From NCBI GenBank assembly GCA_043228905.1, contig JBHGNT010000015.1, forward strand, positions 9,982,001 through 10,046,000: a stretch of DNA of 64,000 nt. Reading direction: 5' to 3'. Origin of the DNA: Azolla caroliniana (taxonomy: Eukaryota > Plantae > Polypodiophyta). This document shows, piece after piece, positions 1 through 11,325 of this stretch; within the stretch, counting starts at the first letter, position 1, and each line of letters begins with the position of its first letter. The notes below the pieces were generated by a model. The model worked only from the letters and a program-made list of their open reading frames with translations, did no database searches and was not told where the DNA came from. Position numbers and translations under genes: made by a program.

Positions 1-84
1 AATACATGATTTTTACCTTTTAATAAAGGTATGTGTAAATAAAGGTCGTATACGTATTAAATCTATATGTATAACACTAAAGAT

Positions 85-254
85 AAGTTATTACAATGGT
101 AAAGTTTGGGTTTATCAATGTGGAGGTGCAGGGTTCGAATCCTGCCCTATGCACGTGATAAATGTTTTGATATATTATTTATTTATTTATATGTATCTAA
201 AATCGGATATATTATTTTATGGTTTTCACGTAGTGTGTGGAATACACTACGACA
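85..254 (+). other. AT-rich repeat end with degenerate tRNA-like A/B boxes and terminal hairpin (unclassified non-autonomous element)
   Basis: TTACAATGGTAA (~91-102) and GGTTCGAATCC (~132-142) at tRNA-like spacing. Hairpin CGTAGTGT-n7-ACACTACG at 229-251 lies just before the junction with copia gag. Confidence 0.3.
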
Positions 255-1518
255 ACGCCAGCTGTTGAAGCATTGCACATGGTTGTAACGAAAGTTTCCC
301 ATGAAGAGGGGAGACTACTCATGACTATCATTGCTCTGAGTTCATCCTCAATTGTCGTCCCCTTAGACGAGATTTGGGAGCTTATTCTTTCGTACTCGTT
401 GAGGTGTGCCTAAACCGAATTGGATTCTTTCATCCGCAAGTTGTAGAGGCGCCGGATCAGATACATCTTCGTTGCGGCAACCTTCTTTTCATAAGTTTCC
501 GACTGTGTTTTCCAAAGTTCAAACGTTGTCGTGCATGATTGCACTGTGAAGTACACTGACTCCGACAAGTGCATCCAAATCGTGGCGCGGACGATTCTGT
601 CTAGCTTTAGCCACTCGTTTGCCTTATATGCTTCTGGAGGATTTTCATTCTCAATCGGGTCTATCTGACCCTTGACTATGAGATAGTCCTGCATTTGTTC
701 CTTCCAGAAGTTGAAGTTTGAACCGTTGAACCTCCTTAGACTCATCTCTGATGAGCCGGATGTTGATTGCATCTGCTTCGGTTTCGGTTGGTAAGACTCG
801 GTTTGGAGTTGACTACGAACCTTAGTGGGGTGCAGCCGGTCGGTTCACCCGATATCGTTCTAGTCGGTTTTGAACCTGAGCCGGTTTGGTTTCGGATACT
901 TGTTGTTGAACCTGCTCGGAGTAACTCCGGTAACTTGAGGGACAGAACCGGCTTGTCTTCCCGAATGTTGCCAAGTCGGAGTGAGCCCAGTTAGCTTCTG
1001 ATTGTATGCTGAATACTGATTACACGAAACCGATTGTTTGGGCCGATTGTACTTCGGATGATTGCAGCGATGAGAGGGACGGATCCAACTGATCCTCCCG
1101 AATGTCGATCAGCCGAGTGAAGCACGAAGTGGTTGTTGCCAGGAGACCAATCTACAGCGGGTGGTTACAACAAGCGGGTGAATAGCGTCCGGTGACCTAT
1201 TCGGATGTTGTTTAATCGAATGAAGCACGATTAGGTCGGTTGTTGCTCAAGGAGCTCCCCTCAAGCGGTTACAAACACAAGAACAGAGTACAACCGACTG
1301 GCTTACTCCAATTTGTGATTTAACATAGTGAGGTGGGAGCTTTTTGTTTTTCTTCTCCCTTCTCTGTTCTTCAAAGAAAACGAAAACAGAATGTTGTGTT
1401 GTGCGATGACGGCCGGCAACAGGTTGAAGAACCTCCAACGCTCTGATACCAAATGTTGAGGACAAGGCCGTCAATGCGGAAGTGCAAGCAACATTCGTGA
1501 TGAAGATAGACACAGAGG

Positions 1519-1549
<31 letters not shown>

Positions 1550-1740
1550 GCACAAAGTAATTGTTATATTCAATAGCAACAGTTACAAAGGACAACCAAC
1601 CTTTACTAAAGGTTAAAAAGTCACTTTATATAGTGACTATCCTAGGGCAACTACCCTTTATGCTATTTACAGAAATAGCCCGAACTTGGGCAGTCCAGAG
1701 GGACAATGTGAATACAACCATTATATACTCGTATTCGACA
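255..1740 (-). mobile_element. Ty1/copia family A, 5' fragment (5' LTR, PBS, leader, gag N-terminus)
   Basis: LTR 1454-1740 (TG...CA). tRNA-iMet PBS TGGTATCAGAGC on the minus strand at 1440-1451. gag ORF 410-772 (FNGSNFNFWKEQMQDYL...RRLYNLRMKE) with in-frame stop. Near-identical to 24086-25596. Confidence 0.93.
1454..1740 (-). repeat. 5' LTR, copia family A
   Basis: 287 bp, TGTTGAGG...TATTCGACA on +. Matches 20121-20421 and 25280-25596. Contains a (GA)n tract. Confidence 0.92.
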
Positions 1741-2698
1741 CCTTTTTACCACAATACTAGCAGTCCGAGTCGGCCTTTGCTTGCTAGCCTCTGGCGCCGC
1801 CTTGACTCCCCCTGCTTGTGGAGGGTCCGGAACTGCTGTCGGCACGTTCTCTGTGCCTTTGGTCTTGCTCTTGTCGGTCGCTACCATTGCAAGCTGACCC
1901 GCCTCGTCCACCACGCCCATGGGGCCGATCCGCCTCCATGTACATCATCCGACTGTCGGTGGGTGCACTTGTTGACGCACCAGCGTGGTTCTCCTCATTG
2001 ATGTCGCATCAGGTGTTGTGTCATTAGCTCCGTCGACATAGCTCTAGTAACCATGCCCAAGCAGGTACTGGTGCAACTTGTATGACCAAGATGTGTAGTT
2101 GGATTTGTCAAGCTTCTTCACCGGGAGCGAGCTAGTCATTCCTCTGTCCATCACTTCTCTTTCTGTTCTTACCGAGTCTTAGGGTTTGTCTTCAGATGCT
2201 GATGTTGGCTGTAGAGGTTCTCATCCCTCGCGCTCTAATACCATGTGAAAACGAAGGTGCGGAAGCGTTAGACAACTGGGTAGCCGGATAGCAATAGAGA
2301 GAGAGAGTGAGTGAGAGAGAGAGAGAGAGAGAGAGATTAACACACAGAAGGTACGCAAGAGAGACAAAGAAAGAGCAGAACAACTTAAATCTATTATCAA
2401 CAACTCTATAAAATTCTCTGTATATACAACGTGCTCAACAACACTATTTATACAAGTCCTAAAAGGACTGACAGAAGTATAGTGTACTTCAATGCTCACA
2501 CGAGCGTCTGACACTAACTACGAGACATTAACTACCTAGTAGTCTAGGCTGCTACTAGGCTTCCGGTTACTGCTTGATCCGGCTAACCGGCTAACCGGCT
2601 CCCCAACTCATCGGCTCACTGATCTGGTTCATCCTTCTGGATGCCGATCCGCCTCAGGCTTATTCAGCCGATCCGGATCCGGTTGAGCTTGCCGCTCA

Positions 2699-2701
<3 letters not shown>
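1741..2701 (-). mobile_element. Ty1/copia family B, 5' fragment (5' LTR 2244-2701, PBS, internally deleted gag)
   Basis: PBS-like GCTCTAATACCA at 2232-2243. LTR TGTGAAAA...GCTCAACA. gag remnants homologous to 18432-19260 (YTSWSYKLHQYLLGHGY; zinc knuckle cut by the family A insertion). Confidence 0.88.
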
Positions 2702-2759
<58 letters not shown>

Positions 2760-3047
2760 CATGACGTATACAAAAAACAAGAAAACTGTATATTAACAAG
2801 AAGCAAGAATGAGCCAATAGTTACAAAAAGGAGGAGAAGGTGCTTATGTAGTCACCTTCTCACTACGTTCTCTCACTACAACCACCACTTAAAAGGAGGT
2901 GGAGACTTAACTACTTACTAAATATGTGTCATAGGACTTAACTTCTACGACACATTAGTTATAATACAAAAGAGGTGGGAAGGTCACACACTTGGGTGTT
3001 CGTAAGGTGTGTTCCCATACTAGGGAAGTTGAGTTTGATTCTCAACA
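2702..3047 (-). repeat. Partial LTR, copia family C
   Basis: (TG)n(AG)n tract, then sequence homologous to LTRs at 46727-47131 (reverse complement), 50190-50593 and 55680-56079. Ends GATTCTCAACA at 3047. Confidence 0.8.
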
Positions 3048-3356
3048 GTTATGAATATATGCAAAAACTTCAAACTCATGATAGAGATTTGAACCCATGA
3101 TCATGATATTTTTATAACTTTAACTAAATCGTTGAGAAATGTGACATTATGAAATTTCCTCGCTCTCATACAATTGAATGCATGATCACCAAGTGTCATG
3201 CTTGCATGAATGCCAAGTGGCGATCATAAATGTGTCTAAAGCATGATATATAAGCATGTGTTTGAGTATTTATGAGCAATTCCAGTTCAACACTAGTCTT
3301 CAACTTAATCTTGTAACCTTTGTTCTTATCATGAATACATTGCCAATCTCCTCCTC

Positions 3357-3392
<36 letters not shown>

Positions 3393-3395
<3 letters not shown>

Positions 3396-4408
3396 CGAGC
3401 ATATTATGCATTTGAGAACACATGCAATTTTGGAGATATTAAGTGTTGGGTCCTCAAGAAATATCTTTTTGACACTTTGGTGACCCCGGATCTTCTCTAT
3501 GGGGTGGAAGTATGGGGCAGTAGCATCCCTAAATCTACGTGGAAAGAGTTTGAAAATGTCCAAAAACATTTTCTTACAAAGTTTCTACAAGTTAAGAAAC
3601 AAACTCCCTACACCCTCCTCCTCCTTGAGACGGGATTGCTTCCCATTGAGATCATGGTCATCGAAAGGGTTGTTGAATACATGCTTAAGGTTCAAAAAAG
3701 CCCCTCACATCGACTTCCTAGAATTGCATGGGAAGCAAGCAAAAATATCCAAAAGATGCATAAAAGAAATTTTTTGTGTTCCAGTTGGATGCAAGATTTA
3801 GAAAAATGGTTTGGTAGATGGGATGCAAGACACTTGCTTCATGATGCGTCACTAGATTCCTCTGTAAATGAGGCCTTTTTGCAACGCCAATGTATCATGA
3901 CGTGGGACAAATGTGGTGGCTCACCCTTCACACATTATACTACAAATGTTGCACCTAACTACAAAACCATATTCTTCGCAGAACGAGGAAGTTGTACACA
4001 TCGATACATGTTAGAGCCCATCCAGATATCTGCCATTCGAACCATTGCTTCCATGTGACTTAGCTCGCACGCATTGAGATGTGAGACGGGGCGTTGGGGC
4101 ACAAGTGATGAGAGTGGCTAACTATGCACACTTTGCCCTAAACAAGTTCGAGAGTCTGAGTATCACACTTTGATACAATGCTCTACCTTTGATCATATTC
4201 AACCATGCTTTCCACATCTCTTCAATCTAGCCCAATCCTTGCATGAATTTCTCTCACAACCACGATGTGCACTCTCGATTGCAAAAGTTCTTGAACATCG
4301 AGAGTCGCTACTCACCTTCACACATATCATGTGAAATGTAATATTTTTGGTCTCATAGGTCATATTTGACCTCCAAAGACGATAATATAATCTATCTATC
4401 TATCTATC
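3393..4408 (+). mobile_element. 5'-truncated non-LTR retrotransposon (LINE), RT C-terminus plus CCHC-like tail; RTEX-like
   Basis: One frame 3393-4333 with two stops: LFDTLVTPDLLYGVEVWG...LLLETGLLPI...M*LSSHALRCETGRW...CTLCPKQVRESEYHTLIQC. Short 3' UTR ending in an (ATCT)n tail at ~4389-4408. Confidence 0.85.
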
Positions 4409-4989
4409 TCTCTACATATCTCTCTTGTTTCCTTCTTCTCATTCCCTTCTTCAATTTTATCTTGTTTTTTGCTACCGCAATCACAACAGCCTTCCCATCA
4501 AATCGACCATGTCCCTCATTGATCATCTCTATGGCTTTGTTCAACCCAACCACATTTTCTCTTTCATGAAACATATGATCGATGATAGATACCACTTTGA
4601 AAAATTCCTCATTTGCCATTGGCATTCTCTCTTGTAGCTCTTTTATGTTGGAGTCACCATAGATGTCACAAAATCCAAATGACAAGCCGTGAAGGACAAG
4701 AATAACAAAGATAAGATATCTGGGCAATCTGAAAACTACGGCAAACGAGTGGAAGAGGTGGAACATGTGGATTTAACCTTTGTTGACAAGATTAGGAAGC
4801 CACCAAAATATGTTAATGTGACCAAGGACGATTCAATGTTCTATGACAACACCCTTAGTCTAGAGAGGGTCATTGAGGCAAAAGTTCAACTTTAACATCG
4901 ATGAAGCTATATCTTCTCGACTTCGGAGCTTCCTATCATGGCACTCCATTTTCATCCCAATTCCATAAGCATACTGCCAAGGATTTTGA

Positions 4990-5300
4990 GCTAGTTTGAG
5001 ATGGAAAGTCATAGCTAGTCTCTTGGTGGTGCTTTATATTTTGTCACATTGAGTGATAATTCTACTAGGAAGGTTTTGATAGAGTATCATGTTGCACATT
5101 ATCTACCACTCTAAATGGGAACATGCAAGGAAGACTCATGAGAAGCATCCATGCATGCACTAGTGATAACACACTAACATTGGAATTTGTAACTCATCAA
5201 AGAAATTGCACCATCTAGAAGAGATTGCAAGATGTGGGATTTGTATAGACAATCCAAGCTCTCACAATTGGTCTGGTGTCTTATAGATTATTGGATACTC
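4990..5300 (+). pseudogene. Highly degenerate copia integrase relic
   Basis: SLGGALYFVTLSDNSTRKV at ~5018-5075 resembles SLGGAxYFVTFIDDSTRKVW. Weak SYRLLD motif downstream. Many stops. Confidence 0.45.
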
Positions 5301-5940
5301 CCATTATTATCAATATCATCATGTTCATTGATAAAGCCAACATAGAGGGATCTAGGATTAGAATACATACTCCAAGAAAAAAGAGGACCTACCAAAGACC
5401 ACATCCTACTCAGTCAATAGGTATACTAGCTACTAGGATTGCATCATCCTACCAAATCAATACAAGTAGTCTCTAATAGTTGGTGCCCTTGTGCTCTCCA
5501 CCTTCTTTGTTTCCTTGCTTCTATATCTCGCTATGTCTTTATATATACATATACATACATATATATAGAAATAGGGAGTGATAGATGATTAATGAACTGA
5601 TGGATAAATTAGCGATAAATATGGTAATGTTGATACCATGAGTAGCCTACTTTCTTCAATCTTAAATCCAAAATCTCCAAGCCATGTGGGTGCGTGAGAT
5701 ATATTTATATATATAATGGGGGCGGCGTTTCCTTTTAAAATTGTGAGTTAAAATTCAAACCTATTTTTATCGTCAGTTCAAATTCGAACCTATTTTTATT
5801 GTGGGAGTCAACTTTATCGGTCATACAAACAAACATATGTATATATATGTATGTATGTACATATCATATGTAACATACGTGAGTTCCATGTTTGTCTTCT
5901 TCGACATATGTACATATATGTATACATATGTATGTTACAT

Positions 5941-6017
5941 CGTTTCAGGAGTTCATGGAACTCACATATGTATGTTACATGTACATACATATGTGAGTTC
6001 CATGAACTCCTGAAACG
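5941..6017. repeat. Near-perfect 77-nt palindrome (35-bp inverted arms)
   Basis: 5941-5975 CGTTTCAGGAGTTCATGGAACTCACATATGTATGT is the exact reverse complement of 5983-6017. Spacer TACATGT. Confidence 0.95.
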
Positions 6018-6435
6018 GATGCACACACGCATCTGTACATATGCAATTCTATTTATTTCTAGCAATAGCAGCAGCAGCAGCAGCAGCTGCCACTCACTAA
6101 CTACTACTACTACTACTACTACTTACTGCTTCCCGCTACCAACTTAAAACTTAAATATTTTCTCCTAGGGTTTCAACATGGTGTTGAATGCTGCTCCAAT
6201 TCTACTCTCCACCAAAACACTCACACTCACTCACAGTGTGTGTGTTGTTCGTTCCATTTGCTAACCAGAAGCAGAGGAACAGAGGCAACAGCGCAAACCC
6301 TAACTAGAGAAGTAAGCAAAGATCAGATCCATCACAAATTCTCACTATGTACATACTCCTTTCTCCCTCCCTGTGTTAGTAGTTCTTCTTCTATGCTTGG
6401 ATACATACATAGTTATCTGAGAACACAGTTACTCT

Positions 6436-6484
<49 letters not shown>

Positions 6485-6842
6485 AAAAACCAAAAGTGAG
6501 AAGAGAGAGTTACTGTAGAGAGAGAGAGAGAGTGAGAGAGACAGAGAGAGAGAAAGAGGGGGGGGGGGTAAAGGAAAATATATCTCACTTGTGATACAAG
6601 CAGAGTATACATACGTACATACTCAAACAGACACTAAGCTTCCATGGCGCAGAACAAAAAACAGTGTACTTAGTATGTATAACTCTGAGGAAACGTCTTT
6701 CCTTTCACTCCACTTCTCTTCGCTCACCGTTCCCTGCCTCCCCTGTCATGATACACCACTCTACTTATTCTCCACACTCTCACCTCTCTACTACAAGCGT
6801 GCTTAAATTTAAACGCAGCAAGGACCCCTGCTTGTGTCTCAT

Positions 6843-8692
6843 ATGGTGGCTCATCTTCCCCACAAACGCCACACCGCCATCGCCATCGCCTTCCTCCTAC
6901 TCCTCATCTTCTCTACTTCATGTTGTGAGTACTTCGGTCTCCATAGTTTCTGGTTTTTCTTTAACTATGTCTGTCACTCATGCTCCTTCTGTGCGGTCTC
7001 TTTTTTTGCAGGCAGTGGTCGGGCACAGCATATAAAGCTTGTCCGCCGCCTCCGATGCACCGCATCCTCTCCATCTCCGAGGAACTGCTTCCATGTTTCG
7101 CCGGACACTGATGGAGACGACGCCAACAGCAACAGCAACACTACTGCCTCGCAGCTTGAGATCTCCAGTGTAAGTGTTTTATCCCCGTTATAATCTACGA
7201 AGCTACCATGATTACTAGGCTTCGCTGTATTTTTTTTTACCTCACCATTTCCGGTGCTCACCCTTTCAGCACAACCAAGATCTACAGGGCAGGGCCGCCA
7301 GTAGTTTGATCTACGGCATCATTGAGGATCTCGATGTTAAAGCAGGAATACAGTCACAGCGATCTGAAGGAGGCAAACCAGGCTGGTACTCATGGCTACG
7401 CAGGAAATCAGTCTTGGAGGAAAGGAGGCTGCTGCAATATAATAGGTCGAGCAGCAGGAGGGGGAAGCAAAAGAGGATACGCTGGGGAGGGTTTGTGCCA
7501 TTGAATGCGGTGGAATTGGTGGACAGAGACAGAGTGGAGGAGGAGCAAGAAGAAGAAGAAGAACCAGGGTCAGGGTCAGGGTCAGAGGCGACCATGTGGT
7601 TGCCACCACCATCATTGGTGGTGGTGGAGAAGTCTGGCACGTTCGATAAGTACTGGTGCATCGCAAGGCCTTGGGCGAGCCCGGAAGTGGTGCAAGCGGC
7701 TCTGGATTGGGCGTGCGGCCACTCGGCTGACTGCAGGCTGATACAGCTGGCCCAACCATGCTACGTCCCCAACACCCTCCTCTCTCATGCCTCATTCGCC
7801 TTCAACAGCTACTTCCAGATCCATGGACAAGCCACCGGCACCTGCGACTTTGGTGGGGCTGCCATGATTACCAACATTGATCCAAGTGAGCATTCCTGGG
7901 GAGCTTCTGCCTTTTTTATTTGAGACTCAACATCTGAACTTACCCTATTTTGTGATGTCAAAGATTGTAGAAGGAGTTTTGTGTATGGACAAGTGAGTTT
8001 GGGTCAGTAGAATGTGCTAATCTCAAAAGTTTCACCCTGATTAGACACCACGGCATTGCTTAACCCATCAAATTTGACATATACTTTATGAACTATACTT
8101 CTATGTAGTAAGTAGGATGCAGTGATCCGATACAATTAGAAATTTGAAATGTGCTTCATGTGAGAAACTGGGCTCGCTAATTTCAAAAGCTAGAATTATC
8201 TATGATGAATCAAACATCGTGCTTCTATGGAAGCCATGTGAATTCAGTGGTTTGGTGCAGCGATATCATTAGGCAACATAATTAGCTAAGAGATATAATT
8301 AGTCTACGAAAGTGTTAAAAGGTTTCATGTCTTCATTGTGATGTAAGAACTGACATACATATTTGTTTTGATGGGCGTGTTGTAGGTTATCCCGGATGCA
8401 ACTATCCTTTCCGGTATGTATGCAAAACAATTATGCGAGACATCTTCATAATTTATTATACACTAAAATTATGGTCTACTTTACCATTCCATTGCTTACA
8501 AACTAACCAACCATGACCTAATCATCCTAGGATCATAACTAAATGGACCGGCTTTTTAAACTTTGTCATCTGTGTTGCAGAGCTGGCCAAGTGGGAGCAC
8601 CCATCAGCCATGCATCAAGCATCGGAAGAGGAGGATCTTTCGTGGTCCTGATGACAACATCATTATTACTTCCTCCACTGATCCTGTTGTGA
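6843..8692 (+). CDS. Secreted X8 (CBM43) domain protein with predicted GPI-anchor signal, PDCB-like callose-binding protein, ~331 aa, 5 exons
   Basis: Exons 6843-6924, 7012-7169, 7270-7885, 8386-8413, 8581-8692. All introns GT-AG with matching phases; total 996 nt. Signal peptide (AIAIAFLLLLIFSTSC). X8 motif WCIA...LDWACG...DC...I...CY.PNT...HASFAFNSYFQ...CDFGG...DPSYPGCNYP. Hydrophobic C-terminus FVVLMTTSLLLPPLILL*. Confidence 0.9.
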
Positions 8693-10551
8693 CATACACA
8701 AAATCCATACATATATAACCATAACCCCCCCTCTTTGAGTTGGTCGGTACCGCGTGTTTGTGTACTCGGCCTACGCACATCCTCTAACCTCCAATTTTTT
8801 GTCTGGCCAAAATCTTTGGCCACAGGCTCCCCCTGTATTTGAGCTCTTTCATCGTCGCATTAGATGTAGCAAATTTTTTTGGGGGGACCATCCCTCTATG
8901 AGGGTACTGATCATTATTACAAAATTTCCATTTCTTCTTTTCTCTATGAGGGTACTGATCATTAACAAAATTATTACATTGTCCATATTAATTTCATGTA
9001 TGGTTCCATCAACATTTTGATTTGAATTGCCGCATCAAGCTAAAAGCTTCTTTGAACATGTTCAATTAGGGTTAGCTTTGTTGTGGAGAACGAAACCAAC
9101 GAATATTGTTTCTTCATGACTTGGTGCGATGTTTGCTCCTCTCCATGTACGTTTGAGTGTGTCTTTGTCTGACCATGGGCATTTTCTTTGTGTTGCCCTA
9201 ATTTTCCCTCTTAACTATATTCTTGTTGGTTAAATCAGAGGCATATATGTCGGATTCTGTTATGTCACAACCCACATGATTGGGCACGTCCCGAATTTAT
9301 CCATGACATCCTCTAATCACTGTAACAAGGAAGAACGATATGCTGTCTCATGTGAAATGTGACGGCATTTTCAAACAGTTACCATGGATTGGGAGATAGG
9401 CTGCCTACTGACCGTTGCTTGCAAAAGAAACTCTTTATCATGGAATGGACGGTTAGATTAGATTGCTATTGTACGCCTTCACCCAGATTTTCAGAGATGT
9501 CATTGACTTTTTGGTGTAGAATGACCAATTAATGGCTGTTCGACACACTAATTATTTTAAAAGAAATTGATGTAAAACCCTTGAACTCCAGGTTAACAAT
9601 GTAATTAGGAAAGACGGGATCATCTTTAAGATGGTTAGGATTAGTCTCACACATGCACATCAAAGGTGATTATTATGATAGAAATTGAGGCGGAGTTTAG
9701 CGAACAAAGGTATAGGTATAGGCAAGATTGCGAAATGAACCCACATAGTGTGGTCACTTATTGTTCAAAGGTCGAACTTCTGTACCAATCGATCATCAAT
9801 GAAATTGTGTGAGCTACCATAGTCAAACAAGAATGTTTCGGAGCCCTAGTAATCTGCCCAATTGCTTTGACCAAATCATTAGGTCCCAACAAGTATTGTG
9901 AGAAGGAACAATCGCAAGAGCTCAAGTGTTGTGTATAAACTTATAAAATCTCAAGAGATTGTACCTTTGATGTCCTTGGTTTTGCCTTTCTGCTCCATGT
10001 TAGCAGATACGTTCTACTTCTCTTGAAACTGATGACATTTATCCATAGCGCAGCCCTTCATTACGCAATACATTATTAGGAAATGTCTTTTAAAAGTTGT
10101 GGTTGGATTGATCCCCATGTATTATTAGGAACTTAGATACATTATTAAAGTCTACCAAATACATTCGAAGGAAGCATGGAGCTACTACAACTAATAGGGA
10201 CAAAGTCAATCCCATCTTCCTTCATCTAGGTTTGTGTTGTCCCGCTTACATTTCACATGCACACACGTTAGCCTCATGACAACATGATGTGAGTAAATAA
10301 AGAAAAGTCAAGGTTGGCAGAACTTGATGAAAATGGTGGCAAAATTGAAGATATTTATGAACGTATGTTAGAAGAGGGAGCAACATCAAACACTAAAATC
10401 AAAGCACCAAGACAAAGGAGGTTTATTTCACCATGAGGAGACAAAAGAAGGTCAAGAAGGTTAAGACATCCAATCTCAAGGCTTGTCTATGATAGTTATA
10501 TGGATAGGCATTATGTTTTCATGTCAGGGTTATAAAATATAATGAACCCTC

Positions 10552-10979
10552 TGTTGGGAGACAGGTCCCTCCGGATGGGAAGGGAGAAGAACAGTGCCGA
10601 TGAACAAACTCGGCCGAGGCCGAAACCGGATGAGGAGTACCCGGCTACGGAGAGCCGGATGGTACAGACCCAGTGAGAACCGGATGAGGAGTACCCGGCT
10701 ACGGAGGACCGGATGGTGCAGACCCGGTGAGAACCGGATGAGGAGTACCCGGCTACGGAGAGCCGGATGGTACAGACCCGGTGAGAAACGGATGAGGAGT
10801 ACCCGGCTACAGAGAACCGGATGAAGAGACATACTCGTAAATATGTCTCTGAGAGTCCATCGTGGCTATATTTGTAAATAGCCGAAAAGTCATATTAGTA
10901 TAAATATGACTTAGGGCAAACTTTTAGTGTGGTTGTCATTCTTGTTGGTGCAAGGAGAGAGAGAGCGCGTAACTGTGTA

Positions 10980-11018
<39 letters not shown>

Positions 11019-11325
11019 GTCGTTGCCTCTGTTGTAACCGCCGCCTGTGGCAAGGATCGTGAGCACGAGGTCGTTGTCTCCGTGAACTCACTGTTGTACA
11101 TTCTAACATAGTGATAGTTTGCAGCCTGTGGGCTGCCGTGGTTTTTCCCTTAGTTTGGGTTTTCCGCGTAAACATCCTGCGTACTCGTCTCTTCTTCGTG
11201 TCGTTCATTATTTCCCGTTTTCTGTGTATGATTCTAAGCTCGGTTGTGGCCGAGCGTTGCGTACAGGGAGCGTGCAGTTCCCGTCACCCTTAGGAAGAAG
11301 CCAAGGACCCAAAGGAATAACAACA
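10552..11325 (+). repeat. Solo-type LTR (family D-like) containing a 54-bp tandem array
   Basis: Starts TGTTGGGAG, ends AACAACA. 5' end resembles the LTR starting at 13625 after a PPT. TATA-like and (GA)n tracts inside. No matching TSD. Confidence 0.75.
10626..10823 (+). repeat. Minisatellite, 54-bp unit, ~3.7 copies
   Basis: Unit CCGGATGAGGAGTACCCGGCTACGGAGAGCCGGATGGTACAGACCCGGTGAGAA starts at 10626, 10680, 10734 and 10788. Confidence 0.95.

Noticed and set aside
85-150. Functional tRNA gene (also 40175-40240 and 41186-41367)
   Set aside because: Only A/B-box-like motifs; no convincing acceptor or anticodon stems could be folded.
223-250. CACTA-like termini (TTTTCACGTAGTG and CACTACG)
   Set aside because: The two motifs are the arms of one small hairpin; no partner TIR, 3-bp TSD or transposase is visible.
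767-994. Conserved antisense ORF in the family A leader (also 24618-24824)
   Set aside because: Conservation is explained by DNA-level identity of the two copies; no ATG start or recognisable domain.
1741-1745. CCTTT flank identical to the TSD at 30906/31378
   Set aside because: Different LTR families and contexts; a 5-bp coincidence.
6240-6612. ORFs with RERERE/LSLSLS/THTHTH runs (here and at many other sites)
   Set aside because: Translations of (GA)n and (CA)n microsatellites.
7306-7923. Single-exon 205-aa gene or a beta-1,3-glucanase
   Set aside because: The ORF is exon 3 of a five-exon gene; no GH17 catalytic domain is present.
10530-10832. CRISPR-like array or repeat-protein ORFs
   Set aside because: Head-to-tail 54-bp units without unique spacers, inside an LTR in eukaryotic DNA; the ORFs are by-products of the repeat.
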